Positions 1 through 10,249 are shown, counted from the first letter of the stretch. The stretch is 59,287 nt of DNA from Candidatus Fermentibacterota bacterium (GCA_012523605.1 JAAYTY010000101.1:1-59287), one strand, 5' to 3'. The notes: a model not told the origin generated them from the sequence alone. Numbers and translations: made by a program.

Positions 1-26
1 ACAACTGGTGCAGCGGCAGGGCGTAC

Positions 27-2435
27 ATGGCGGCAGGGGAGCTGGCCCGGGCGGCTTCGCACCTGGAGAAGGCTCTCTTCCTCGCGGAGAACAGGGGTGA
101 CATACCGGTCGTAGCGGAGATACTCAGCTCTCTGGTGCTCTGCCAGGAAAGGCTTCCCGGCTACACGGTCAGACAGATGATCGAGAGCCTGGACAGGGTG
201 GCTTCCAGGGCCGCTTCGACCGGCAACGTCTCGTACAGGGCGTCGGCCGTCAGCAGGCTCATCGTTCTCTGCGTCAGATCGCTTCAACTGAACCGGGCGA
301 CCGGTCTTCTTGAAGAGTACGGGCGGCTCGGCCGCGGACCGGACTCTCCGGAGAGCCCCTTCCTCGCCTGGTATGTCTGCCTGCTGAACCACTTCTGCGG
401 CATGGAATCGCACCAGGAGGGCGCCGAAGCCTTTCTCCCCGGCACTGCGGACCTTCTCGATGACCTGAGGAGAGGCGTCGAGAGAATCGAGGACGCGAAG
501 AGGGTGGCCGGGGCTTTCGGGGGCAGCCAGAACAACGATCTCATACCGGCCGGCATCTATCTCGCCCTGGAATGTGCAGCCTGCGGCTTCCTCCAGTCGG
601 CGAAGATCGTAGGCAGGGCTCTGGCGGATGCCTATCGCCCGAGGCTGGAGGAGGTCCTGCAATGCTGGCGGCTCTGCATCAACGGCATCCTGGCACCCAG
701 GGTCTCCGAGGCGGAAAAGGTCTTCTGGTCTGCCCAGCAGATCAGCAGACAGCTGGACAGACTGCTCCTGGTCTGGCTGATCCTGAGGGTGCGGCAGAGA
801 CTGGAACCGGGCGGCGGTCCCGGAAGGGATGCCGCGGTGGCTGTCCTCCTCGAGGAGATGGACAGGCACATACTCTCGGGCCTGCCCCCGGAGATGGCGG
901 CCTCGTTCGAGTCGAGCAGGCTGGTGCGCGAGAGACGTGAAAAGCTCGCGGTTTTCTGTGACGATCCTTCCGCCCCTCTTGTCCAGATCCGCGACAGCGC
1001 CGCCGAGCGGGCGTTCGGGGGCGGGGGCGGCTTCCAGGGCCTGGAAACGATCAGAACGGACTACGGGATGCGCTCGGACCTGAGCTGGGGGCTCGAGGTC
1101 CTTGACACGTTCGCATCGGCCAGCAGGGTGATGATCATCTCCCTGGAAGGCGAGAAGCACTCGGTTCTGGAGCGCAGCGTCTCGTCGAAGGATCTGCCCC
1201 CCTCACCCGAGGTAGTTCAGGCCGCAAGGAGCTGCGAGGGCCGTCACCTGGTTGTGGACAACTTCGGGAAGACCCCCTTCGGAAACCGTTTCCTGCACGC
1301 GGTGCCGCTGGGCCGCCGTTCGCAGGGACTCCAGCCTGCCGAGCGCAGAAAACGGGTTTTCGAGGGTTCGCGGGACGGAAACTATCTCGTAGTGGAGGCG
1401 GACCTGCCCTTCGACACCCTTTCGAAGGGCCGCGCGAGCATGCTGATGTGCTTCGCGAGGCAGATAGGCGCGGCTCTGGCGCTCCGCGACCTCGAACAGC
1501 AGACCTGGCACGACGGCCTTACGGGAGCGAAGATCAGCGCGGTCTGGGTAGCGCGCCTGAAGGACGATCTCTCCTCCGGCAAGGTGACGAAGGAGAGGCC
1601 TCTTGCGGTCCTGATGATGGACCTGGACTTCTTCAAGTCCGTCAACGACACCTTCGGCCATCGCGAGGGCGACAGGGTTCTGAAGGCCTTCGTGGAAACA
1701 GTGTCCAGCACCATCCGCCCCGACGACATGATCGCGAGGCTGGGAGGCGAGGAGTTCGGCGTGATCCTGGAGGGGACGAGCGAGACAACGGCCTTCAGCG
1801 TGGCCGAGAGGATAAGGCGCAAGGTCGCCACGTCGGTGCTCAGACCCGACAGACGCCCCGTGACGGTAAGCATAGGAATCGCGGTCGCCCCCACGCACGG
1901 CGAGATCGCCGAGCTGGTCATCAGGCGCTCCGACATCGCCTTGTACCACAGCAAGGACAGCGGACGCGACAGATGCACGATGTGGGATCCCTCGATGTCC
2001 AGCACCTTCACGGAGAGGTCTCCCGTCTCCCTGCTGGACACGGGCGACCCCGGCTGGGACCAGCACATCTCCCGTGCCGTCCTGAAGATCGTCTCGTCCG
2101 GAGAGGCCACCCTGAATTCAGTGGCCGACGAAATGAGAAACGCCCTTCGCTGCGAATACCTGAAGCTGGAATCGGCCTCCGGGGAGAGGGTGGTCTTCGG
2201 CCCCGAGGAGATACAGAGGAGCATCAGGATGCAGGAGCCGGGCCCTCCGGGAAAGCCGGTCGAGGCCATGAGCCAGGACTGGAAGTACTTCTGCCTGTCC
2301 TGCGCGCTGCCCGGGGGCGGATCGATGGTGGCGGCATGGAGGGCATCCGAGGCCCTTCCCAAGAGCCTCCCCATGATCATAAAAGCCTTCGCCGGCCTGG
2401 CGGCCGCAGTTCTCGGAAGGTCCGAGCGGGGCTAG
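27..2435 (+). CDS. GGDEF-domain diguanylate cyclase with a long N-terminal helical (TPR-like) region. The reading frame is open to the window edge, so the true start may lie upstream.
   Basis: ORF 27..2435. Motifs DLDFFKSVNDTFGH and RLGGEEFGV (canonical GGEEF), with RPDD (RxxD I-site) five residues upstream. No stop between nt 3 and the ATG at 27. TAG stop. Confidence 0.8.
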   Translation: MAAGELARAASHLEKALFLAENRGDIPVVAEILSSLVLCQERLPGYTVRQMIESLDRVASRAASTGNVSYRASAVSRLIVLCVRSLQLNRATGLLEEYGRLGRGPDSPESPFLAWYVCLLNHFCGMESHQEGAEAFLPGTADLLDDLRRGVERIEDAKRVAGAFGGSQNNDLIPAGIYLALECAACGFLQSAKIVGRALADAYRPRLEEVLQCWRLCINGILAPRVSEAEKVFWSAQQISRQLDRLLLVWLILRVRQRLEPGGGPGRDAAVAVLLEEMDRHILSGLPPEMAASFESSRLVRERREKLAVFCDDPSAPLVQIRDSAAERAFGGGGGFQGLETIRTDYGMRSDLSWGLEVLDTFASASRVMIISLEGEKHSVLERSVSSKDLPPSPEVVQAARSCEGRHLVVDNFGKTPFGNRFLHAVPLGRRSQGLQPAERRKRVFEGSRDGNYLVVEADLPFDTLSKGRASMLMCFARQIGAALALRDLEQQTWHDGLTGAKISAVWVARLKDDLSSGKVTKERPLAVLMMDLDFFKSVNDTFGHREGDRVLKAFVETVSSTIRPDDMIARLGGEEFGVILEGTSETTAFSVAERIRRKVATSVLRPDRRPVTVSIGIAVAPTHGEIAELVIRRSDIALYHSKDSGRDRCTMWDPSMSSTFTERSPVSLLDTGDPGWDQHISRAVLKIVSSGEATLNSVADEMRNALRCEYLKLESASGERVVFGPEEIQRSIRMQEPGPPGKPVEAMSQDWKYFCLSCALPGGGSMVAAWRASEALPKSLPMIIKAFAGLAAAVLGRSERG

Positions 2436-3763
2436 CCGGCGACAGCCCCCCAGCCCTTGTCGAACAGATCCCTGAAGGCTTCGACCAGGCGATCCAGCGA
2501 GACGCGGACCTGCGCGAGAGAATCGCGCTCGCGTATCGTCACGGCGGAATCCTCCAGAGAGTCGAAGTCGAACGTCACGCAGTAGGGCGTGCCCGTCTCG
2601 TCCTGCCTGCGATATCGCTTTCCGATCGATCCCGTGACGTCGAAGTCGACCTTCCAGCGGGGTCTCAGCATCGAAGCCACGCGGGCGGCACCCTCCTCGA
2701 GCTTCCTGGAGAGGGGAAGGACGGCGATCTTTACGGGAGCCAGGGCCGGAGCGAGCCTGAGGACCACCCTGTCCCTGCCCTCTATGACATCCTCGAAGTA
2801 GGCGTCCAGCAGGACGGCCAGGAAGGTCCTCCCCACTCCACCGGATGTCTCCACCACGTGAGGGATCAGCTTTTCGTTTCCGGCCTGGTCGATGTACTCC
2901 AGGTTCTGGCCGCTCACGGCCATGTGCGCCCTGAGATCGAAGTCGGTACGGTTGGCTATTCCCTCCAGCTCCCCGAACCCGCCGGGCGAGAACGGGAAGG
3001 CATACTCGATGTCGGTGCATCCGGCGGCGTAATGCGCAAGCTCCTCCTTCGAATGCTCGCGGAGCCTCAGGTTCCCGCTCCTGATGCCTATCGAGCCATA
3101 CCAGGAGAGCCTCTCGGAGATCCAGTACTCCATCCACCGGGGGGCCTCCTCGCCCCGGCAGAAGAACTCCATTTCCATCTGCTCGAACTCGCGCGAGCGG
3201 AAGACGAAGTTCCTGGCCGTGATCTCGTTCCTGAAAGCCTTACCGATCTGGGCCACGCCGAAGGGCAGCCGGGGTCTGAGGGCGTTGGTGATGTTGCGGA
3301 AGTTGGTGAAGATGGACTGGCAGGTTTCCGGCCGCAGGTAGACCACCGCCGCCTCGTCCTCCACGGCGCCCATGTGCGTCCTGAACATCAGCCCGAAATC
3401 CCTGGGCTCAGTGAGCCTCCCCCCGCAGTCCGGGCAACGGCCGTCGGCGGTCTGGTCGGCCCTCCAGCGGGCCTTGCAGTCGAGACAGTCGACAAGCGGG
3501 TCGTGAAAGTGCTCCACGTGGCCGGAGGCCTTCCATGTGTCGGGGTGTGTGATGATGGCGGTGTCGACCCCGAAGACGTTCTCACGGGTGCGGACCATGG
3601 CGTCCCACCAGGCCGCCTCGATGTTCCGCTTGAGCTCGACTCCGAGCGGACCGTAGTCCCACGCCGACTGGAGGCCGCCGTAGATGTCTCCGGAAGGGAA
3701 GACGAAACCCAGCCTCTTGCAAAGGGAGACCAGCTTCTTCATGAGGTCGTCATCTGACGGCAT
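2432..3763 (-). CDS. glyQS: Glycine--tRNA ligase (dimeric class II GlyQS type)
   Basis: 443-aa ORF starting MPSDDDLMKKLVSLCKRLGFVFPSGDIYGGLQSAWDYGPLGVELKRNI, continuing with HPDTWKASGHVEHF and the class II core. ATG at 3761-3763. Its 5' end overlaps the recO 3' end by 14 nt. Confidence 0.95.
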   Translation of the reverse strand: MPSDDDLMKKLVSLCKRLGFVFPSGDIYGGLQSAWDYGPLGVELKRNIEAAWWDAMVRTRENVFGVDTAIITHPDTWKASGHVEHFHDPLVDCLDCKARWRADQTADGRCPDCGGRLTEPRDFGLMFRTHMGAVEDEAAVVYLRPETCQSIFTNFRNITNALRPRLPFGVAQIGKAFRNEITARNFVFRSREFEQMEMEFFCRGEEAPRWMEYWISERLSWYGSIGIRSGNLRLREHSKEELAHYAAGCTDIEYAFPFSPGGFGELEGIANRTDFDLRAHMAVSGQNLEYIDQAGNEKLIPHVVETSGGVGRTFLAVLLDAYFEDVIEGRDRVVLRLAPALAPVKIAVLPLSRKLEEGAARVASMLRPRWKVDFDVTGSIGKRYRRQDETGTPYCVTFDFDSLEDSAVTIRERDSLAQVRVSLDRLVEAFRDLFDKGWGAVAG

Positions 3764-4508
3764 TCTCGAGATCCTCCAGCACGGCCAGGGACCTGAACTT
3801 CAGCCTGGCCTGGACATGGGCCTCGGCATATTCCCTGAGGAAGTCATGGCATTGCCGGAAGCCCCCCTTCCAGAGACGGGTGCCGCCCGTCGATTCGATG
3901 TCAGTACGACGGCAGAGCCGCAGGAATTCCAGGAGCCCCGGGGCGATGCCGGCGTCTCCTGGACGCAGGCATCCGCGGCAGACCAGCCCGCCGGAGGTGT
4001 GGCTCCATGCAGGCTCCTCTCCGGTCATCTCCCCGCCGCACCTCGTGCACTTCTCCAGCTCCATCCTCACCCCGGCGAGCAGGAGGAGCTTCTCGATCCC
4101 GGCGCAGGTGACCGACCAGGGGGACGGCGCCGAGGCAAGCCTCCCGAAGACGGCCCCGATCAGATGGAACGTGGGACTGCAGGGCTCGCTGCCGTACAGG
4201 AGTCCCGACACCCATTCCGAGAACAGGCCGGCGTGGGCGTAGGCCCGCGGATCGGCCCTGAGGGCGGGGATGGGCTGCTCCACCGCGGCGTCGATCAGGG
4301 TGTCCATCTCCCTGCCCTCGCGCCGGGACAGGGTCGCGGCGATTCCGGAGAACGGTTCGAGCGTGCCGTGGAGCCTCCCTCCGGGGCGAAGGGCGCCCCT
4401 CGCCATCGCGGAGATCCGGCCGTAATCCAGCGAATAGAGGTGCAGTATCAAGGACGTGTCGCTCCAGCGGATCCTGCGGAGCACCCAGGCCGGAGTGGTG
4501 CTCCTCAC
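3750..4508 (-). CDS. recO: DNA repair protein RecO
   Basis: C-terminal 252 codons of the artefactually long ORF 3750..5759. Sequence reads [39 protein letters not shown]...CTRCGG...LVCRGC (OB fold plus Zn finger). The GTG at 4506-4508 overlaps the corC-like TGA stop (GTGA). Confidence 0.85.
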   Translation of the reverse strand: MRSTTPAWVLRRIRWSDTSLILHLYSLDYGRISAMARGALRPGGRLHGTLEPFSGIAATLSRREGREMDTLIDAAVEQPIPALRADPRAYAHAGLFSEWVSGLLYGSEPCSPTFHLIGAVFGRLASAPSPWSVTCAGIEKLLLLAGVRMELEKCTRCGGEMTGEEPAWSHTSGGLVCRGCLRPGDAGIAPGLLEFLRLCRRTDIESTGGTRLWKGGFRQCHDFLREYAEAHVQARLKFRSLAVLEDLENAVR

Positions 4509-5731
4509 TGCCCGGGTTTCTCCGACTTCGAATCCTCCGGAGTTATCTTCAGGAGGAGTATCCTCTGCGCACGCACCTTCTCTACTGTGAAGGTATGGCC
4601 TTCGAGGGTCACCTGTTCTCCAGGGCGGGGTATCTTCCCGAGCGCGTGATAGACCAGACCCCCTGCAGTGGCGAAGTCGTCGTCCTCGAACGAGGTGTCG
4701 AGCAGCTCGTTGAGCCTGTCGATGGGCAGCATGGCGTCCACCCTGTAGGAGCCCATTCCCAGGGACTGCATCTGGGGCGCCTCCGAGAGATCGAATTCGT
4801 CCCTTATCTCCCCGAAGACCTCCTCGAGGATGTCCTCCATCGTCACCAGCCCGGCCGTGCCGCCGTACTCGTCCACGACGATCGCCATGTGTATCCTGTG
4901 CGACTGGAACTCGCGCAGGAGGTAGTCGATCTTCTTGTACTCGGGTATGAAGTATGCCTGTCTGAGGATCCTCTCCATCTGGAAATCGCGGCCGCCGCCT
5001 GCCAGGACGCGCAGGAGATCCTTCGCATAGAGGACTCCGACCACCTGGTCGATCTTCTCGCGGTATACGGGTATCCTCGAATGGCCTGCCCTGAGGACCT
5101 CGGCCAGCACCGCCTGGAGGTCGTCGCTGAGCTCGATGCAGACCATGTCTATCCTGGGGACCATCACCTCGCGGACTATCCTGTCGGAGAACTCGACTAT
5201 TCCGTCCATGAGCTCGCGCTCCTGGTCGAAGTCGTCTGCGTCGCCCTTGCCGCGCCTCTGTTCGAGCCACATCAGGTCGGGCGGAGTGAAAGCCCACTCG
5301 CCGCCGGAGGTGTCTCCTCCGGTCGGTGGCCTTCCGAGGAGGATCCTCACCGGGAAGTGGAGCAGGAGCCTCAGGGCCTCGAAGGGCAGGCGGAGAGCCT
5401 TCGCCGCGGCGGCCGGACGGGTGTGTCCCAGCCATGACGGGGCCAGTTCGCCCAGGAGGAGAACGAGAAGCGTTCCCCCTGTCACCGAGAGGGCGGGGTT
5501 CACGCGGTCGGAGAAACCGCACGCAACGAGCACCACGCCGGCGCCGGACGCCATCAGCGCGAGCAGCCGCGCCAGCCACAGGACCCTGAGCCTCACCATG
5601 GCCTCGTATCGCCTCTCGGAGGGATCGCGTCCCTTCTCGATGATCATCTCCGGGAGGCAGGCCCTCACCGCGCCGACCAGCGCCAGCAGAGCGAATCCGG
5701 AGGCGAGGATCGCCAAGCCGGCCGTGATCAT
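4505..5731 (-). CDS. Hemolysin/CorC-family membrane protein (DUF21 - CBS pair - CorC_HlyC)
   Basis: 408-aa ORF with N-terminal TM helices. Contains [49 protein letters not shown] and a C-terminal transporter-associated domain. ATGA overlap with the ybeY stop. Confidence 0.9.
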   Translation of the reverse strand: MITAGLAILASGFALLALVGAVRACLPEMIIEKGRDPSERRYEAMVRLRVLWLARLLALMASGAGVVLVACGFSDRVNPALSVTGGTLLVLLLGELAPSWLGHTRPAAAAKALRLPFEALRLLLHFPVRILLGRPPTGGDTSGGEWAFTPPDLMWLEQRRGKGDADDFDQERELMDGIVEFSDRIVREVMVPRIDMVCIELSDDLQAVLAEVLRAGHSRIPVYREKIDQVVGVLYAKDLLRVLAGGGRDFQMERILRQAYFIPEYKKIDYLLREFQSHRIHMAIVVDEYGGTAGLVTMEDILEEVFGEIRDEFDLSEAPQMQSLGMGSYRVDAMLPIDRLNELLDTSFEDDDFATAGGLVYHALGKIPRPGEQVTLEGHTFTVEKVRAQRILLLKITPEDSKSEKPGQ

Positions 5732-6117
5732 CCTGCGGCCTCCATCGCCCTCCGGACAAGCTCTGCCGTCAAGCCGGACATCTCCTCCTCGTCCCGGGGG
5801 GAATCATGAGTGTGTCCGGCGAGGTGGAGGTAGCCGTGGAAGACCCTCTCCAGGACGGCCTCGAGGGGAGGGAACAGGCGGCAGTCCACGTAGATCACGC
5901 CCTCGGGCGCCCCGGGGCCCTCGGACATGTCGAAGGTCAGGACGTCGGTGGGCCTGTCGATCATGCGGAAGCGCCGGTTGAGGACGCGCATGCATCCGGG
6001 GTCTGTGAGGACGATCTCTATGTCGCCGTCGAGCATGGTGCCCAGCAGACCCTCGAGCATCCCCGCGTCGATGCCCGGGCGGTCACACTCCGCCGCTACG
6101 GTCAGGCTCCGAGCCAT
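5728..6117 (-). CDS. ybeY: rRNA maturation endoribonuclease YbeY
   Basis: 129-aa ORF with the metal-binding motif HGYLHLAGHTHD. Sits in the conserved position between the pgpH-like and corC-like genes. Confidence 0.9.
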   Translation of the reverse strand: MARSLTVAAECDRPGIDAGMLEGLLGTMLDGDIEIVLTDPGCMRVLNRRFRMIDRPTDVLTFDMSEGPGAPEGVIYVDCRLFPPLEAVLERVFHGYLHLAGHTHDSPRDEEEMSGLTAELVRRAMEAAG

Positions 6118-8149
6118 AGGGGTAGTCCTTCACCCTTTCGTGGAAGCGCCCGCGGAGGACCTGGAGGAAGGCACGCTCTATCGACTTCAGATTGCCCCTC
6201 GTGATGTGGCAGTTGTCGAGCTGGCCGTCCGTGTCCTTGTCCTCTATCACCGCGGCCACCACCGAGGCGATGGTGTCCATCGTGGGCGACTGGAGGCCCT
6301 TCGCGGCGGAGTCCACCGCGTCGGCGAGCATGACAAGGGCCGCTTCGCGGGACGCAGGGATCGGCCCTCTGTATCTGTAGTCGGACTGTTTCACATCGTC
6401 GGGCGAGGAGGCCATCTTCCTGGCCTTCTCGTAGAAGCTCTTCACGCAGGTCGTTCCGTGGTGCTGCTCTATGATGTCCACTATCGGCGCCGGGACCCTG
6501 AATTTCCTTGCGAGCCGCACGCCCTCGGCCACATGTGCGGTGACCCTGCGGTAGCTCTCCATGGGATGCATGGAGTCGTGCGGATTCGCCTGATCGCCCG
6601 GGCCATGGGCGAGGTTCTCGATGAAATAATAGGGTTCCTTCAGCTTGCCCACGTCGTGATAGAGGCCGCCGGCCTCGGAGAGGTCCGCGTCGGCCTCGAT
6701 CGCCCTTGCGGCCTCTGCGGCAAGGTCGGCTACGTCCTGGGAGTGCTGCCATGTTCCCATGGCGAACCTGCTCAGATCAACGAGCAGGGGATGGCTCCTG
6801 TTCCTGGCCTCTCCGATGGAGAGGATCGTATAGACGCCGAACAACTTCTCGAAGACCTGCAGCAGGGCAGAGGCGAGCCCGACGCCTGCGACCGAGGAGA
6901 GGACGATTTCGACGAGCGGCACGAAGAGGCCCCTCGTGCCTGTGCTTATGTCCAGCAGTCTGCACAGGAGAAGCATGGAAACGCCGCCCGCGGCAGAAAG
7001 CCCGATGCTCCAGGGTATGCTGCTGCGCTTCCGGAGATCCCACGCCGCGTAGCCCGCGAGAGAGCCGGCGGCGGCCGTGACCAGGACGCTGCTGTAGGCA
7101 TGGGGCTGAGCCGCGGCCGTGGCCGCGGCGAAGACGAACGACAGGACGGCCGCGTGCCTTCGCCGGAAGAAGATCCCGGTGAGTGCGGCCCCGAACGTGA
7201 CCAGCGAGGCGAAGGAGCCCCTGAGGGGGCTGCCGACCACGAGCCACGCGAGTCCGGTCCCGGCCAGGGAGAGAATCCAGGCGGCAATCAGGAGGAGGGA
7301 TCTGCTCCTGGACTTCCAGGTCTCCGGCATCGAGTCCCTCACGTAGAGGATCACCACGTACACCAGCCCGGTCACCAGAAGGAGCCGCGCGACGAGGTAT
7401 CTCGTCCATCTACCTACCGAGATCGAGTATTCGGACTCCCTCAGGGCTTCCAGCCACCTGATGTTGTCCCTCGTGATCCTCCCGCCCGGCGGGACGAGCA
7501 CATCGCCGCTCCGGAAGGTCGTGTCTATGCCGTCGAACGCCGCCATCCTGGCCTCGATGATCCCCGAGCGCCTGGCGCTGTCCGGAATGACGTTCGGGAA
7601 TAGCAGGGCTGCCAGCGAGTCGGCGGTGTGAGGGGGCATTCCGCCGCCTTCGAGCGCCTGGCGGAAAGCACGGGTGACTTCGGATATCTGGTGGAGGTTG
7701 AGGTTCCCGAGCGGGAGCTCCCGGCTGTCGTCGCCGCCGCGGCGCACCACGGCCGAATCCCCGGTGAATGACGCTCTCAGGGATGCGATGTCCACCATCA
7801 CGCCCTTGTCGTACATTGTCTGCAGGAGGCCGACGGCGCCGTTCACGAAAGTGGTGTCGCTGGTGGCGGCCAGCATCCTGCTCCTGAGAACGGGCTCGAG
7901 ACGGCTCCATCCCCCGTCGTCGTAGTTCAGGTAGACCGGGGTCTCGAGCTCAAGCCTGCTCCTCATCTCCTCTTCCTCCGCGGCGCCCATCGGAACCGCG
8001 AAGTCCACGGGAGCGACAATCCCCTCGGGGACGAACTGGCCCTCGCCCACCTCCATATCGAACATCGGTTGCTGCCTGTCGAGGAAGAGCAGAAGAGAAA
8101 CCCCGGCGAAGGCGGCGACGACCATGAGGATCCCGAAAGGACGCTTCAT
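6083..8149 (-). CDS. pgpH: 7TM-receptor HD-domain (HDIG) phosphohydrolase, PgpH/YqfF-like
   Basis: 688-aa ORF with an extracellular N-domain, multiple TM helices and a C-terminal HD domain (WQHSQDVADLA ... GGLYHDVGKLKEPYYFIEN ... IIEQHHGT). ATGA overlap with the phoH stop. Confidence 0.85.
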   Translation of the reverse strand: MKRPFGILMVVAAFAGVSLLLFLDRQQPMFDMEVGEGQFVPEGIVAPVDFAVPMGAAEEEEMRSRLELETPVYLNYDDGGWSRLEPVLRSRMLAATSDTTFVNGAVGLLQTMYDKGVMVDIASLRASFTGDSAVVRRGGDDSRELPLGNLNLHQISEVTRAFRQALEGGGMPPHTADSLAALLFPNVIPDSARRSGIIEARMAAFDGIDTTFRSGDVLVPPGGRITRDNIRWLEALRESEYSISVGRWTRYLVARLLLVTGLVYVVILYVRDSMPETWKSRSRSLLLIAAWILSLAGTGLAWLVVGSPLRGSFASLVTFGAALTGIFFRRRHAAVLSFVFAAATAAAQPHAYSSVLVTAAAGSLAGYAAWDLRKRSSIPWSIGLSAAGGVSMLLLCRLLDISTGTRGLFVPLVEIVLSSVAGVGLASALLQVFEKLFGVYTILSIGEARNRSHPLLVDLSRFAMGTWQHSQDVADLAAEAARAIEADADLSEAGGLYHDVGKLKEPYYFIENLAHGPGDQANPHDSMHPMESYRRVTAHVAEGVRLARKFRVPAPIVDIIEQHHGTTCVKSFYEKARKMASSPDDVKQSDYRYRGPIPASREAALVMLADAVDSAAKGLQSPTMDTIASVVAAVIEDKDTDGQLDNCHITRGNLKSIERAFLQVLRGRFHERVKDYPYGSEPDRSGGV

Positions 8150-9102
8150 GCCTGCCCGGCCTCCTCGGCCGAAGCCTTCGAGAAGGCGGAGATGATCCTC
8201 TGGACGAGCGGGTGCCTGACCACGTCCTGCTCGCTCATGTAGACGAACCTGATCCCCTCGACCCCGCCCAGTATTCCCTGGATCCTCACCAGACCGCTCG
8301 CCGTGACCGGACGGAGATCGATCTGCGTGATGTCGCCGGTCACCACGACCCTCGACCTGAATCCCATCCTCGTCAGAAACATCTTGAGCTGGGTGAGCGT
8401 GGTGTTCTGCGCCTCGTCGAGGATCACGAACGAGTCGTTCAGAGTGCGCCCCCTCATGTACGCCAGAGGGGCGACCTCGATGACCTGGTTTTCCATGCTG
8501 CGCTTCAGTCTCGCGGGGGAGAGCGTATCGTTTAGCGCGTCGTAGATGGGCTTGAGATACGGGTCGATCTTCTGCTGGAGGTCTCCCGGCAGGAAGCCGA
8601 GGTTTTCACCGGCCTCCACGGCCGGCCTGGTGATGATGATCCTGCCGACCAGCCCGTCGCGGAGTGCTCCGACCGCGGCGGCCACGGCGAGGAAGGTCTT
8701 GCCCGTTCCGGCGGGGCCGATGCTGAAGACAACCTCGGACTCCCTCATAGCCTTCATGTACTCGGCCTGGCCGGGGGTCTTGGGAACAACCCGCCCGGCC
8801 TTGCCCGGAACCGTCAGTTCGAGCCGGGAGTCGCAGGGTGCTGGGAAGTCGAGGGCCTTGTAGAGGGTCATCTCCCTCACCTCGCCGGATGCGGCGAGGT
8901 CCTCCCTGAGGCGGTCTATTACGCAGGCCGCCTTCTCGGCGGCGGAGGCTTCGCCGGTGAACACGATCCTGCCGTCGCGATACACCGCCTGTACGCCCAG
9001 GCGGGAACAGACGAGCCTGAGCCAGGAATCGCCCGGTCCGAGGACCAGACCGGCTTCCTCGGGGGGCAGATCCCTGACGGCCGTTCCGGTTTCGGTTGTC
9101 AT
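8146..9102 (-). CDS. phoH: PhoH-family ATPase (YbeZ-like)
   Basis: 318-aa ORF with Walker A GPAGTGKTFLAVAAAV, plus ITRPAVEAGENLGFLPGDL and FVILDEAQNTT. Confidence 0.9.
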   Translation of the reverse strand: MTTETGTAVRDLPPEEAGLVLGPGDSWLRLVCSRLGVQAVYRDGRIVFTGEASAAEKAACVIDRLREDLAASGEVREMTLYKALDFPAPCDSRLELTVPGKAGRVVPKTPGQAEYMKAMRESEVVFSIGPAGTGKTFLAVAAAVGALRDGLVGRIIITRPAVEAGENLGFLPGDLQQKIDPYLKPIYDALNDTLSPARLKRSMENQVIEVAPLAYMRGRTLNDSFVILDEAQNTTLTQLKMFLTRMGFRSRVVVTGDITQIDLRPVTASGLVRIQGILGGVEGIRFVYMSEQDVVRHPLVQRIISAFSKASAEEAGQA

Positions 9103-9124
9103 GCGGATATCATATTCCGGCGCG

Positions 9125-9160
9125 AAAAGGGAAGCTCCCCCGTCTCCGGAGGAGCTTCCC
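9125..9160 (-). terminator. Intrinsic terminator downstream of the LysM gene
   Basis: Perfect 10-bp inverted repeat gggaagctcc (9129-9138) / ggagcttccc (9151-9160). On the minus strand it is followed by TTTT (complement of aaaa 9125-9128). Confidence 0.6.
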
Positions 9161-9174
9161 CTCTGCTGGCTCTT

Positions 9175-9852
9175 CTAACGGCCGGATCCGGGTCTGGAGC
9201 CGGTCCTGGGGATCGTGAGGACCTGGCCGGGATAGATCAGGTTGGGGTCGCTGATCTGGTCGCGGTTCGCCTCGTAGAGCTGGGGCCACATGCCCCTGTC
9301 GCCGTACACTATGCCGTAGCCGGCGATCTTGCCGAGGAAGTCGCCCTCGACGACCGTGTAGCTGCTTGCGTAGGGCACGGGGATGATGATCGTGTCGCCC
9401 GCGTAGATCAGGTCGGGGTCGTTGATCTTGTCGCGGTTGCGGTCGTAGATCAGAGGCCACTTCGTGCCGTCGTTGAAGTAATAGTGATAGGAGGCGATGA
9501 GCCAGAGGCACTCGCCTTCCACAATCCTGTGAGGCACGCCCGAGTTGCGGAGACGCTCGATGTCGGCACTGAGCTGGTTGATCTGATTCTGGAGGTCGGC
9601 GATCTGGGCGTCGAGGTCGGCAGCCTGCGACCGCAGAGGCAGAACCTGGGGCTCCCACTCCGCGATGCGGGCGTCGGCCTCGGCCTTGACCCACTCCCAG
9701 TATGCTATCTGGAGCGGGAGGTTGTCGTTGCCCATCGCCTCGATGTCCTGGCGCGAATACTGAGACAGCTCGTCAGCGGTCCAGGTGCGGGCCCAGGCGC
9801 TGCCGGCGAGGCCGAGGCAGAGCACCAGAGCGATCAGCATTGTACGCTTCAT
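9175..9852 (-). CDS. Secreted protein with an N-terminal coiled coil and two LysM peptidoglycan-binding domains
   Basis: 225-aa ORF with signal peptide MKRTMLIALVLCLGLAGSAWA and heptad segment DLDAQIADLQNQINQLSADIERL. Two LysM-like units (GECLWLIASYHY...DLIYAGDTIIIP and GDFLGKIAGYG...NLIYPGQVLTIP). GGAGGAAG Shine-Dalgarno (SD) sequence upstream. Confidence 0.8.
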   Translation of the reverse strand: MKRTMLIALVLCLGLAGSAWARTWTADELSQYSRQDIEAMGNDNLPLQIAYWEWVKAEADARIAEWEPQVLPLRSQAADLDAQIADLQNQINQLSADIERLRNSGVPHRIVEGECLWLIASYHYYFNDGTKWPLIYDRNRDKINDPDLIYAGDTIIIPVPYASSYTVVEGDFLGKIAGYGIVYGDRGMWPQLYEANRDQISDPNLIYPGQVLTIPRTGSRPGSGR

Positions 9853-9873
9853 GTTGTTCTTCCTCCCCTCCTG

Positions 9874-10140
9874 CTAGCGGCCGCCGAGGGCCTGATACTC
9901 GGCCTGCAGCTCGGCAAGCGTCTGCTGGAGCTGCTGGATCTGGGCTTCCTTCTGAGGGATCTCCTCGAGAAGCCTGTTGTACTCCGCCTCGAGGCTGGCG
10001 GCCCTGGCTTCGGCGGCGAGAGCCGCGGCCCTGGCGTCGTCCCTGGCGCGGATCTGCTCCTGGCTCGGACCGCAGGCCGAGACGAGGAGAGCCGTGACAA
10101 GCATGGCCAGGCAGAGCCAGACCATTCTGGATCTACGCAT
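9874..10140 (-). CDS. Small coiled-coil lipoprotein (Lpp-like architecture)
   Basis: 88-aa ORF with lipobox LLVSAC followed by an Ala/Glu/Gln-rich helical region. AGGAGG lies 8 nt upstream of the ATG. Ends 21 nt before the LysM gene start. Confidence 0.6.
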   Translation of the reverse strand: MRRSRMVWLCLAMLVTALLVSACGPSQEQIRARDDARAAALAAEARAASLEAEYNRLLEEIPQKEAQIQQLQQTLAELQAEYQALGGR

Positions 10141-10249
10141 ACCCGGAACCTCCTCTCATCTGATTTTCGGTAATACTGTACCCCTGGATGCACCAGAATA
10201 CGCTAATAAGCAACCCATCCCGGTTTCGGAGACCCCTTCCCTTTCCTGG

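Noticed and set aside
3750-5759. Over-extended ORFs that fuse a real gene to upstream out-of-context sequence. Examples: 3750..5759, 22573..24189, 23355..25019, 26289..28649, 40579..43269, 49121..50884, 50686..51897 and 46149..47399.
   Set aside because: Only the C-terminal parts show family motifs. Internal ATG or GTG starts coincide with SD sequences or with ATGA/GTGA overlaps to the upstream stop, so the shorter coordinates were used.
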